Shown in pieces: positions 1-9,759 of a stretch of DNA of 64,000 nt. The stretch covers positions 832,001-896,000 of the forward strand of contig OY729426.1 in the NCBI GenBank assembly GCA_963422365.1, read 5' to 3'. The translations under genes were made by a program, and so were the position numbers. Numbering within the stretch: the first letter of the stretch is position 1; every line of letters starts with the position of its first letter. The notes under the pieces were generated by a model. The model worked only from the letters and a program-made list of their open reading frames with translations, was not told the DNA's origin and ran no database searches. This DNA is from Nitrospirales bacterium. Its GTDB lineage: Bacteria; Nitrospirota; Nitrospiria; Nitrospirales; UBA8639.

Positions 1-19
1 GCTGCTTCTCCAAGATACA

Positions 20-697
20 GTGCCGGCGGTGCGCGATGAAGCCATTGCGGCTCTGGTGTCTATTGGTGAGTTAGCGGTTGCGCCTTTGGTGGAAGCGCTG
101 GCCCATCAAGATTGGCGGATGCGTCTTCGAGCCACGGAAGCGTTGTGTGTCTTGAAATCCCAAACAACGGTCAATCCATTGGTGGGTCTTTTACAACACG
201 ACCCCGATATAGCCGTGCGCCAGGAGGCAGCCCGTGCACTCGGAAATATTGGCGACAGGACTGCAGTCGACGCCCTCTTAGGGGTCATTCAGGAGCCTCG
301 TCTTCAGGTTCGTGCCATAGAAGCGCTCGGTAAAATCGGCGATCGACGAGTACTCCCTTTGTTGTTTCAACTGATTAGCCAACTGAAGGCAAGCGAGTAT
401 GAAGATCGCACACCGGCCTGTGAGGATACTCGATATGAACAGGATTTGGCCAGTGTGGAAGAGGCCATTCGGGCTCTTGCGCGCATCCATGATGAGGAGG
501 CCATTCCTCTTTTGATTACGGCTCTGCAAAGCACCTTAATACGGAACGAAGCGAGTGAAGCCTTGGTCCAATTTGGACAGAAGGCTGTTGCCCCCTTGGT
601 GAGGCAACTTCAACGCGAACACGATGACAATATTCGCTATCATATCAAGGAAGCCTTAACCCAATTGGGGTGGAACCCGAAACGGGTCCGTTTATAG
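20..697 (+). CDS. HEAT (PBS-lyase-like) repeat protein; probably begins before the window
   Basis: Repeated VRxxAAxALGxIGD motifs; frame is open back to the window edge. Confidence 0.85.
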   Translation: MPAVRDEAIAALVSIGELAVAPLVEALAHQDWRMRLRATEALCVLKSQTTVNPLVGLLQHDPDIAVRQEAARALGNIGDRTAVDALLGVIQEPRLQVRAIEALGKIGDRRVLPLLFQLISQLKASEYEDRTPACEDTRYEQDLASVEEAIRALARIHDEEAIPLLITALQSTLIRNEASEALVQFGQKAVAPLVRQLQREHDDNIRYHIKEALTQLGWNPKRVRL

Positions 698-733
698 TCC
701 TAGATGCGAACGAAGGGGTGAGGCCACACCACC

Positions 734-1831
734 ATGCCGAAAGAACCAATTGAAATCATCGTGTCCGAGCTTGCTCATGAAGAAGATTGGCGCCGTATGC
801 GTGCCACGGCCACGTGTCTGAAGGGAGGGCCTAATGTCGTGGCTCTGGTGATCGAAGCCATGAAAACCGGGTCACCGTCCTATAAGGTTGAAGCGGCCCG
901 AATGTTGGCGAGGATCCGAGATCCGCAGGCGGGAGTGCCTCTGGTGACGCTTCTGCAAGGTGAAGAGGAGAGTGTCCGAGAGGCCGTGGTGGCTTCCCTC
1001 GAACAAATGGCTGGCATTGTGAATGAAGAGACGGCGGCGGCCTTAGTCGAGCTGTTGAAAAATGAAACGCTTCGGGCCTCTGTCACGAAACTGCTGGGAG
1101 TCATTCCGACGTCGATCGGTCCTCTGACCACGATGCTCAAAGATCCGGATGAAGAGGCGCGGGTGAATGCCGCCCACATACTTGATCATCTCTTGGATCC
1201 GCGCGCTGCGGATGCGTTGGTTGATGCAATGGGAGATGCCGCTCTGTGTGACATGGCCATTGACACTCTAAAAAAACTCAGGGCCATTCGGGATCGTATC
1301 GATTCCATTATGGATGAATTGCGGAACGTGGAAGAGTCTGAACTCCGTGAAGGTGCGCGGCAGGAAGCGGTGCATAAGCTGCATCCGATTGGCCGTCCAA
1401 CTGTCGAAATTTTAATTGAATACCTCGAAGATGATGATTGGGTGGTGCGTGAAGCCGCGGCGGACGTCTTGGGAAAAATTGGAGATGTGCGAGCGGTGGG
1501 GCCATTGATTGATCGCCTCCAGCGGGACAAAGATACGGGAGTCAAGGAACTGGCGACCAAGGGGTTGGGATTAATTGGAGACGCCAGACCGGTTGATCTC
1601 CTGATTGACATGATTCCCATCAAACCGTTACGAGTATTGGCAGTGGAAGCCTTAGAAAAGATCAAAGACGTGGAAGCCTTGCGTCCCTATGCGGACGTGT
1701 TTAAGAAAATGAAAAATGACCGTGATGGGTTGGTCTCGTATAACTCCGGGATCATCATCGATAAATTGGAAGCTGCCGCGGCGCAGATGGATGAAACGCA
1801 ATGGGCGGAAAAGGAGCAAGTGAATGGCTGA
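734..1831 (+). CDS. HEAT-repeat protein
   Basis: Motifs such as DDDWVVREAAADVLGKIGDVRAV. Confidence 0.9.
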   Translation: MPKEPIEIIVSELAHEEDWRRMRATATCLKGGPNVVALVIEAMKTGSPSYKVEAARMLARIRDPQAGVPLVTLLQGEEESVREAVVASLEQMAGIVNEETAAALVELLKNETLRASVTKLLGVIPTSIGPLTTMLKDPDEEARVNAAHILDHLLDPRAADALVDAMGDAALCDMAIDTLKKLRAIRDRIDSIMDELRNVEESELREGARQEAVHKLHPIGRPTVEILIEYLEDDDWVVREAAADVLGKIGDVRAVGPLIDRLQRDKDTGVKELATKGLGLIGDARPVDLLIDMIPIKPLRVLAVEALEKIKDVEALRPYADVFKKMKNDRDGLVSYNSGIIIDKLEAAAAQMDETQWAEKEQVNG

Positions 1832-2576
1832 GAGTCCTCGCATCGAACAATTATTGTCCGCCCTTCGCGATGAAAACGAAGGCCTGCAAAAGTATGCGGC
1901 AGCCGGACTTGGGCAAATAGGCGACTCGGCAATCCCTCGCTTGATTGAGATGTTTGAAGACGATGACCTCGTGATTCGGGAGGCCGCGGTCAATGCCGTG
2001 GTTCAAATAGGGGAAGCTGCAATTGATCCCTTAATTGAAGCGTTGGAAGATGATGCCTGGGCCATTCGAGAGCAGGCGGCGTCTGCTCTCGGAAAACTGA
2101 AACACGCTCGAGCGGTCCCCTTCCTGGTGAACACGTTAAAAGACAAAGATGGGGGGGTCCGAACCGCCGTGGTCTGGGCCTTGGAACGGATTGGCGACCC
2201 CGAAGCTGTACCGGCCCTCGTGGACTGCTTAATGGATGCGATGTTGCGGGAAGACGTTGCTCGCGTATTAAAAAAAATTGGGGACACTAGAGCCACGGAT
2301 GCCTTGATCGACGGGCTTCAAGGGTCCAATTGGATTGTCCGTCGTCATGCCGCCGAAGCCCTTGGAAAAATTGGGGATGCCAAAGGGTTCTCTCCTTTAG
2401 TCGAGGCCTTGACGGACGAGGACTGGCTGGTTCGCCGGAATGCGGCTGAATCATTAGCCAGGTTGGGAAATCCCCGCGCCATTCAACCGGTGGTTGCGTT
2501 GTTGGAAGATGAAAACGAAATGGTGCGCGATACCGCCGAAGGCGTGTTGGCAAGTTTAGGATGGAAACCCGAGTAA
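1824..2576 (+). CDS. HEAT-repeat protein
   Basis: About 7 tandem HEAT_2 motifs; AAGGAG RBS; overlaps the upstream stop. Confidence 0.9.
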   Translation: MAESPRIEQLLSALRDENEGLQKYAAAGLGQIGDSAIPRLIEMFEDDDLVIREAAVNAVVQIGEAAIDPLIEALEDDAWAIREQAASALGKLKHARAVPFLVNTLKDKDGGVRTAVVWALERIGDPEAVPALVDCLMDAMLREDVARVLKKIGDTRATDALIDGLQGSNWIVRRHAAEALGKIGDAKGFSPLVEALTDEDWLVRRNAAESLARLGNPRAIQPVVALLEDENEMVRDTAEGVLASLGWKPE

Positions 2577-2605
2577 GGTTGCTGCAGGCGTGTATCGGAT
2601 TATGT

Positions 2606-2668
2606 TGTCATTCCCGTGAAAGCGGGAATCCATGAAAAAGATGTGGTACGGCATTCGGGTATGACACT
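2606..2668. repeat. Degenerate REP-like palindromic element (GTCATTCCCG..CGGGAATCCA family)
   Basis: tgtcattcccgtgaaagcgggaatcca, plus a decayed inverse half cgggtatgaca. Confidence 0.55.
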
Positions 2669-2711
2669 TGACGACCCGAAATCCGTCATGATGTAAGAAG
2701 GAGAAGTTGAT

Positions 2712-3383
2712 ATGGCAGATTCAGTTCCAACCCCTCTTGTTCAAATCGCTCCCAAACGTGCCCCAAAAGATGGCTTTAATCTTGTGACCGACAATGTCAT
2801 CGCCGTCAATCTGGAGGCCAAGCAACTCGAAGTCGAGTTGTTGGCCTATGATGGAAAAACCGTGTTGTTGGATGTTGCCGAAGAAGCGTTTGATCATCTG
2901 CAAAAGATTCAGCCGGGTGACGGGGCGACCTTCCGTATTGTCGAGGAAGACGGAAAGCGACTGGTCAAGCAATTTCGAATTCGGACGAAAGATCCTAACG
3001 TCGTCAAAGTCGATGCCGCGTTGATGGATTTAAAGGATTCACACTGGCTCAATCGCAAATATGCCATTGAGATGTTGGGAGAACTCAAAGCAGCCAATGC
3101 CGTGGATGACCTCGTAGAATGTTTAGAAGATGAGGTGGGCGATGTCCGGCATCGAGCCTATGAAGCGTTGATTAAAATCGGGGTGCCCTCCGTCACGAAA
3201 GTCATTCCGCTGTTGGTTTCGGAAGAAGATGAATTGCGTCAGTCCGTTACCGAGATTCTTCGGAAAATCGGCAAGCCAGCCGTGGAACCGCTGGCTACGG
3301 CCTTGGCCGATGCCGATGGTCCGCTGAAAAAACGCATTACCAAAGTGTTGGATCGCATGGGCTATAAACCCAAAGAGGCGTAA
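2712..3383 (+). CDS. HEAT-repeat protein with an N-terminal beta/OB-like domain
   Basis: C-terminal HEAT motifs; GAAGGAG RBS. Confidence 0.85.
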   Translation: MADSVPTPLVQIAPKRAPKDGFNLVTDNVIAVNLEAKQLEVELLAYDGKTVLLDVAEEAFDHLQKIQPGDGATFRIVEEDGKRLVKQFRIRTKDPNVVKVDAALMDLKDSHWLNRKYAIEMLGELKAANAVDDLVECLEDEVGDVRHRAYEALIKIGVPSVTKVIPLLVSEEDELRQSVTEILRKIGKPAVEPLATALADADGPLKKRITKVLDRMGYKPKEA

Positions 3384-3417
3384 GCCCTGGCCGGCACACG
3401 GGACAAGACCGACGCGG

Positions 3418-4749
3418 TTACGACGCGTTATAGGGATTCACGCCGACAGCCGGGCGGCCAACGGACACATAATGAAATCCGCATTTGGCGACCCGTTCGG
3501 GGTCGTACACATTCCGGATATCAATCAACACCGGGACTCGCAGAAGCGATTTCATGTGATCCAAATCTAAATTTCGGAATTGATTCCATTCGGTGGCCAA
3601 CACGACGGCATCCGCTCCTGTCATCGCATGATACGCATCGTGACAGGCGATCAAATCGGGTAACGTGTTGAGCGCTCCTTCCAATCCTTCCGGGTCATAG
3701 GCCCGGATGGTACAGCCTTCCTTCATCAGATATTCCGCAATCGTCAAAGCGGGCGAATCCCGAAGATCGTCGGTATTGGGTTTAAAGGATAACCCTAACA
3801 AGGCAAGGGTTTTCCCTTGAACGCCGTTCAGGGCGTCACGGATTTTATCGACCATACGAGTCCGCTGTTGTTCATTCACCCGTTTGGTCGTCGCCGCCAA
3901 CTTCATGTCATATCCGGTTTCTGCTCCAATATGAACCAGCGCTGCCGTATCCTTCCCAAAACAGGATCCACCATACCCCGGCCCGGCGTGCAAGAACTTC
4001 GCCCCAATCCGTTTATCAAGCCCCATGGCTTTGGCCACGGTTTGCACATTGGCATTCACGAATTCACACAGATTAGCCACTTCGTTGATAAAGGAAATCT
4101 TGGTGGCTAAGAACACGTTCGACGCGTATTTAATCATTTCTGCAGTTGGCATATTCGTGACGACGAATGGTGTTTCAATGAGATACAACGGCCGATATAA
4201 ATCCTTCATGATGGCCGCGGCCTGCTCGCTCTCTACGCCGATGACCACACGATCCGGACGCATGAAGTCTTCAACTGCCGATCCTTCACGTAAAAACTCC
4301 GGGTTGGATGCCACATCAAAGTCAATGGGCTTCGATTGATGAGCTTTGATGATCTCTCGCACTCGTGTCGCAGTCCCCACGGGCACAGTCGATTTGGTTG
4401 CCACAACCTTATACCCCGTCATGCGGCTCCCGATTCTCCGAGCCACTTCATCGACATAGGACAGATCAGCCGACCCATCAAGGTTCGAGGGCGTGCCGAC
4501 CGCGATAAAGATCACTAAAGCCGTATCCACAGCCTGGTGTAAGTCGGTTGTAAATATGAGCCGTCCGGCTTTGTAGCCTTTGGTCACCAGTGAGGCTAAT
4601 CCAGGTTCATAAAACGGCACTTCACCATGTTCTAGTTTTTTAATCCGAGTGGCGTCCACGTCCATACACGTCACATTGAGTCCGAATTCTGCAAAACACG
4701 CGCCCGTCACGAGTCCCACGTATCCTGTTCCGAGAACACTAATATGCAT
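3418..4749 (-). CDS. ugd: UDP-glucose/GDP-mannose dehydrogenase
   Basis: GTGYVGL Rossmann motif, SNPEFLREG, GYGGSCF catalytic Cys, FKPNTDDLR. Confidence 0.95.
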   Translation of the reverse strand: MHISVLGTGYVGLVTGACFAEFGLNVTCMDVDATRIKKLEHGEVPFYEPGLASLVTKGYKAGRLIFTTDLHQAVDTALVIFIAVGTPSNLDGSADLSYVDEVARRIGSRMTGYKVVATKSTVPVGTATRVREIIKAHQSKPIDFDVASNPEFLREGSAVEDFMRPDRVVIGVESEQAAAIMKDLYRPLYLIETPFVVTNMPTAEMIKYASNVFLATKISFINEVANLCEFVNANVQTVAKAMGLDKRIGAKFLHAGPGYGGSCFGKDTAALVHIGAETGYDMKLAATTKRVNEQQRTRMVDKIRDALNGVQGKTLALLGLSFKPNTDDLRDSPALTIAEYLMKEGCTIRAYDPEGLEGALNTLPDLIACHDAYHAMTGADAVVLATEWNQFRNLDLDHMKSLLRVPVLIDIRNVYDPERVAKCGFHYVSVGRPAVGVNPYNAS

Positions 4750-4968
4750 CGCAACCTCTGAGATCAGAAAGAAGAAACATGGTCCGGTCGAATGGTTAAG
4801 GACGACCGACCGTCACTTATTCAGTGTAGAGTATCACAACTTGAGGGAAAATGAATGGCGGACTGGAAAGGAACCAAGGCAATTGCTGGCTGACTTCTCG
4901 CCTGCAATGGGTTTTCTTGACAGGGTCGTATACGCGCACTAGAATCAACGCCCACCTTCTTCCAGAGA

Positions 4969-5043
4969 GCGGGAATAGCTCAGTGGTAGAGCATCGCCTT
5001 GCCAAGGCGAGGGTCGGGGGTTCAAATCCCCTTTCCCGCTCCA
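4969..5043 (+). tRNA. tRNA-Gly(GCC)
   Basis: GCGGGAA acceptor stem, TGGTA D-loop, anticodon GCC, TTCAAAT T-loop, encoded CCA. Confidence 0.97.
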
Positions 5044-5105
5044 ACCATGCTTCCAGCATGCTTGGACCGATTTAACCCCCGACTGAGGATTCCCCATTTC
5101 GTTGT

Positions 5106-6448
5106 TCACTCTCCTGGCACCCGTTCCGGAACGAGAACGAGATGCCAGGGTGTCGCCTCTTCGCTCATGTGTGCAAATTGGCGGGCGGTCAAGCCGTCTG
5201 GCATTCCGGGAAATACGGCTCCGCGTCGGATTCCCACAAACCGGAAGCGGTATGTGATGGATTTCTTTTCTCGAGGAGTTGTGCCCCAAGGGAGGGTCTG
5301 TCGAAGCGGGATCACATCCGACAGGTCACAGTGTTCCCCGATTTTTAGTGAAGAGAGGGCTTGATGAACGTGGCCAAAGATGCAGGGAAGTATTGCTTGG
5401 GAGAACACGACGTCAGCGGGGCGCATGCCGGGATCGTCGACCAGTTGAGCGAGGATTTCCCAAAACACTTCGTCATCAATGGCGGCAAGCACGCCGAGAG
5501 CCCCGCGACGAGCCACAAGATTTAACAGGGCAAGCGGTCCTTGAATCACGAATTTCCAGCGAGGAAACGTCAAGCCCTTCCCCCGATGACTCACTTCCAG
5601 GGCCTCCTCTCCGTGAACGCGAACCGTCCGATAGTCGCCTTTGGTTTTGGTGAGGTGCGAGTGGATGGTGGTTGGTGAGAACCGCGTGGGCTCATAGGCA
5701 AAGGTGGGCGTTGCCGGGGCGTGACAGGTCACCAGGGTGTAATGAGAAAGAAAGTCGCGTTGCGTCGAAAGATCCATCATATCGACGCCGCCCCAAAACC
5801 GGAATTGAAGATGGTCCGGAGCGTGCTGTGCAAATCGGCGAAGACGCTCCGGGCTGGCGTGGTACGCGCCGCCAAATTGTGATCCAGGCTGGAGGCGATC
5901 CAGTGCATGAAGCGTGAGCGCTTTCCGACTGTGTTGAAATGAAGGAAGGTAGTGATCGAGGAATGCTTCTTCAAAGGATAAATCTCCTGCGCCCACATCA
6001 AGTAAGGACGGCTTCTCCACCTGAAGGAGAAGATCATAGGGTGATTGGCCCTGTTTCACGAAGGCTTCAACTTCATGAGGTGTGAGTTCGAGCAACGAAG
6101 TTGCTTCTTCTTGGACGAGAGCAAAATACACACACAACGATCGAATCGCTTTTGTAGGAGGGAGTCCCGTTAATGCTTTGAGCCGCGCCTGGTTTACCCT
6201 ATTCGTGTGACTCGCGGCGGCAGGGTTCGTCACAAGGCTGGCGACTAACCCTTCCTGAAGGGTGCATGGCAATGGGCTGTGTTGGATGCGTTCCATGAGT
6301 TGGCCCAAGGTGTGTGCGAGTTGGGAAGGATGAACCAGTTTCCTGGCACGCTCCCATGCGACAGGATTCGCGTATTTGCTTTTCTTCAGGAGCGTGCGAA
6401 GTTGAGCGGAGTTTTGTGGCGTTGCCGGGGCGTCCGAAGATGCTGGCA
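5106..6448 (-). CDS. Hypothetical protein with a SAM-binding-like motif (start uncertain)
   Basis: Long ORF; LLDVGAGD resembles methyltransferase motif I. Confidence 0.65.
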
Positions 6449-6557
6449 TAGAAGGCGTGCTCGACACGAAGGAATCGTAGCCTTCGGTTTGATAACGCGT
6501 CAAGATTTGACAAATCAACGGGTTGCGGTTGGACACACCCTGTGCTACACCATTCGT

Positions 6558-7532
6558 ATGCTGCAACTCGTCGCTTGCCGTTCAAGCAAAATATTGGCGT
6601 TCGAGGGGCTTGCCTGTGGAGTGCTGTTGGTAACCACGGCCTGTGCCGCAGTCCCCCATCCTGGCAACTATCGAGTTGGTCAGATCATTGATCTGAAACA
6701 GAATGCCACCCTCTCAGACGCAGAATTCCGCTCAATTCTCCAATCGGTTGATGTCATCTATATTGGTGAAGCGCATTACACCCCTTCTCATGTGGCTGCC
6801 GCACTTCAGGTGTTGCAAAGCGTGCTCAGCGGAGGCCGAACACCAATCTTAGGAATGGAAATGTTTAGCTGGGATGGGCAAGCAGGGCTTGATCGTTACC
6901 TCAAGAGAGCGGTAACCTCGACAGAGGATTTTTTGGCCGAATCCCAATGGAAGAACAATTGGGGTGGGAACTATGCGGATTACTCGCCACTTGTCGACTT
7001 TGCGAAAACTCATGGCATACAATTGCTGGGCCTCAATCCGCCTCGTCCTCTTGTCAGGAAAGTGGCGAAACGAGGACTCACAGCAATTGGGAGTGATCCG
7101 GCAGTGCAACGATGGACGACTCCAGTCCCGTTTCCTGCTGACGATCTTGAGTATCGACGAGTCATTTACGAGCAAATTGAACGGTGTCATGCAGGATTGT
7201 CACAAGAGGTCTATCAGAAAATCTATGAAGCTTCCGTCTTTCGCGATGAGGGAATGGCTTCCGTCATTACGACGATGATGAAGGTAGATGCGCCTGAGCC
7301 AACTACCTTTGTCAGTTATACCGGGGCGGGGCATATCCAATATGGGCTTCCTATTCCTAAACGGGTCCAACGGCAATTGGGAGTTCCTGTCAAACACGCG
7401 ACCGTGTATCTCCACGCGCTGGATCCCGAACACCCGGAAGATGTCGAGCATTTGCTCGATGAACACATTGCGGATTATGTGTGGCTCACGGCCTTAGGGC
7501 CTCAAGGGAGACAGCCTCGGTGCGGAGAGTAA
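6558..7532 (+). CDS. ChaN/PhuW-family (haem-uptake-related) lipoprotein
   Basis: IYIGEAH, LGMEMF, RDEGMA and GAGHIQYGLPIP motifs; signal-like N-terminus. ATG 6558 preferred over the overlapping 6279 start. Confidence 0.85.
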   Translation: MLQLVACRSSKILAFEGLACGVLLVTTACAAVPHPGNYRVGQIIDLKQNATLSDAEFRSILQSVDVIYIGEAHYTPSHVAAALQVLQSVLSGGRTPILGMEMFSWDGQAGLDRYLKRAVTSTEDFLAESQWKNNWGGNYADYSPLVDFAKTHGIQLLGLNPPRPLVRKVAKRGLTAIGSDPAVQRWTTPVPFPADDLEYRRVIYEQIERCHAGLSQEVYQKIYEASVFRDEGMASVITTMMKVDAPEPTTFVSYTGAGHIQYGLPIPKRVQRQLGVPVKHATVYLHALDPEHPEDVEHLLDEHIADYVWLTALGPQGRQPRCGE

Positions 7533-7608
7533 GGGCGTCTCGTATCCGTCAAAGAACGAGCTTGAAAACGCGAGTCGTCTTCACGAAGAAAACTCAAGGA
7601 GGGAAAAA

Positions 7609-7854
7609 ATGGGAGACCCAGTGATGATTGCGCAACGGATGCCCTATGTGCTGGAGATGGAGCCCGGCAAATATTATTGGTGTCGGTGTGGCCGATCCCA
7701 GACTCAACCTTTTTGCGATGGTTCACACACGGGCACGGAACACTCCCCTGTGGAAGTCGAACTCACTGAGAAAAAACGGGTGGCATGGTGTGGATGTAAG
7801 CAGACGAACAAGCAGCCATTTTGTGATGGAACCCACTCCCACCTTGAAGAATAA
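7609..7854 (+). CDS. Two-domain CDGSH iron-sulfur protein
   Basis: WCRCGRSxxQPFCDGSH and WCGCKQTxxQPFCDGTH. Confidence 0.95.
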   Translation: MGDPVMIAQRMPYVLEMEPGKYYWCRCGRSQTQPFCDGSHTGTEHSPVEVELTEKKRVAWCGCKQTNKQPFCDGTHSHLEE

Positions 7855-7968
7855 TTTTGGAGTAAGCAGGCCTTGCCTCTTTCATGAGAGTTTTTATATA
7901 ATTTTACCATTATATGCTCGAATGGAATCACCCAGACATGTATTCTGCTTGAGAAGGAGGATGAGACA

Positions 7969-8142
7969 ATGAAGAAAACCATGCAAGGGATTCTTGGTAC
8001 GGCTTTCATGGTTTTGGGAACATCCCCTGTCTATGCCAATGAACCAGGGGGCGGATATGAAGGCATCACCACCATGTACTATGCGATAATCGGCCTTATT
8101 CTTGCCTATGGTGTGTGGGATATTTTCTTCAAAAAGGACTAA
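7969..8142 (+). CDS. Small 57-aa membrane protein missing from the ORF track (MKKTMQGILGTAFMVLGTSPVYANEPGGGYEGITTMYYAIIGLILAYGVWDIFFKKD)
   Basis: Strong AAGGAGG RBS; signal peptide ending VYA; one TM helix; followed by a terminator. Confidence 0.8.
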   Translation: MKKTMQGILGTAFMVLGTSPVYANEPGGGYEGITTMYYAIIGLILAYGVWDIFFKKD

Positions 8143-8158
8143 CGCGTCTCCGAATGTT

Positions 8159-8206
8159 GCCCCCTTTCAGGCCCTACCCGTGGTGTGAAAGGGGGCGGTC
8201 TTTTTT
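8159..8206. terminator. Intrinsic terminator hairpin between convergent genes
   Basis: gccccctttca...tgaaagggggc stem followed by a T-run. Confidence 0.7.
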
Positions 8207-9056
8207 ACTTTTCTCGACCCAACGAGGAAGTGGGGCCTTCCTTCTTGAGTAACGGTTCGATCACTTTAAAAACCGTGTGTGCGACAATCCGATACCCTTC
8301 TGCGGTGGGATGGATGCCGTCAGCTTGGTTCAATTCTTTCTGAGCCGCCACTCCTTCAAGAAAAAAGGGAATCAACGTGACCGAATGGTCTCGGGCTAAA
8401 CGCTCGAACAGAGATGCAAATCCTGTGGTATAGGCTAGGCCATAATTCGGAGGAATCTTCATCCCTGCCAAGACCACCTCGACGCCTGCTTCCTGTAAGC
8501 CTTCGATGATTTTTGTTAAATTCGAAGCCATGAGAGACAAGGGCTGTCCCCGTAAGGCGTCGTTTGCGCCCAATTCCACAATCACAATTGACGGCTGGTT
8601 TTTGAGAATCCAAGTGAGGCGGCGCAACCCGCCCGTCGTTGTCTCACCACTCACGCCGGCATTAATGACTTCATAGTGATACCCTTCTTCATGCAGATGA
8701 TTTTGCAGGTGAGCAGGGTACGATTGGTCAGGAGAAACCCCAAGGCCGGCGGAGAGACTATTCCCAAACGCCACTATTCGTGGGGAGCCTGCTAAACCGA
8801 GACCTTGCGAAGGAGCACTCGAAAAGGTAGAAGACGCGACGTTATGTGCAGATTGCGTGTCATCTAGCGGCAGAGCGGGTTCCTTGGTGTCACATCCTCC
8901 CACCACTGACATGAGCAAGAGCCCATAGACGGCTAGCCGGAGCCAACTTCCTAATTGGCCAGCGAAGCGGTGGGTTGCGAAACGGCGAAGAACCTCAGGG
9001 CCATAGGTGTCTGAAGCCATCGTGTAGAAGAGCCTGCTTTGATGAAGGTTGTCCAA
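8205..9056 (-). CDS. tesA: SGNH/GDSL arylesterase (TesA-like); start uncertain
   Basis: FGNSLSAG, NAGVSGETT, ELGAND and DGIHP blocks. Confidence 0.9.
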   Translation of the reverse strand: MDNLHQSRLFYTMASDTYGPEVLRRFATHRFAGQLGSWLRLAVYGLLLMSVVGGCDTKEPALPLDDTQSAHNVASSTFSSAPSQGLGLAGSPRIVAFGNSLSAGLGVSPDQSYPAHLQNHLHEEGYHYEVINAGVSGETTTGGLRRLTWILKNQPSIVIVELGANDALRGQPLSLMASNLTKIIEGLQEAGVEVVLAGMKIPPNYGLAYTTGFASLFERLARDHSVTLIPFFLEGVAAQKELNQADGIHPTAEGYRIVAHTVFKVIEPLLKKEGPTSSLGREK

Positions 9057-9078
9057 TGAGGAAAAAATTTTTCAGGCT

Positions 9079-9756
9079 ATGATCCGCGTTGAGAATCTGA
9101 CCATGCAACTCTATGGCGGCGGCCATGTGGTGCCCATCCTCAAGGGGTTGAGCTTTGAGGTCCCGCGCAAGCAAATGGTGTCCATTGTCGGCCCATCGGG
9201 GAGTGGAAAATCTACCTTACTGGGGCTTTTGGCTGGATTGGATAAACCCACCGCTGGCTCCATTCAGTTGAACGGCCAGGAGATCACGACGTGGACAGAG
9301 TCTCAACTGGCTCACTTTCGACGTCAAACCATTGGGTATCTTTTTCAGTCGTTTCATCTCATCCCAACCCTGACGGCCCTGGAAAATGTCTCACTTCCTT
9401 TGGAACTGAGTGGCGATTGGTCTGCGAGCGCTCGCGCCCAGAACTTGTTGGAAGCCGTGGGGCTACAAGACCGGCAGAGGCACTATCCCACTCAACTCTC
9501 CGGAGGTGAGCAGCAGCGCGTCGCGCTGGCTCGCGCCTTTTCCTGCCGTCCTCCCATCTTGCTGGCGGACGAGCCGACTGGGAATTTAGACAGTTCGACC
9601 GGGCAACTCGTGATTGATTTGTTGCTCAGACTCCATCGCGATCAGGGTAGCACATTGATCCTCGTCACGCACGACCCCACACTCGCCGAGCAAACGGAGA
9701 GAATCATCACGCTTCACGATGGCACGACTGTGTCAGATACGCTGATTCGTTCTTAG
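9079..9756 (+). CDS. ybbA: ABC transporter ATP-binding protein (YbbA/LolD-like)
   Basis: [28 protein letters not shown]; divergent from tesA as in the tesA-ybbA-ybbP arrangement. Confidence 0.9.
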   Translation: MIRVENLTMQLYGGGHVVPILKGLSFEVPRKQMVSIVGPSGSGKSTLLGLLAGLDKPTAGSIQLNGQEITTWTESQLAHFRRQTIGYLFQSFHLIPTLTALENVSLPLELSGDWSASARAQNLLEAVGLQDRQRHYPTQLSGGEQQRVALARAFSCRPPILLADEPTGNLDSSTGQLVIDLLLRLHRDQGSTLILVTHDPTLAEQTERIITLHDGTTVSDTLIRS

Positions 9757-9759
9757 CTC

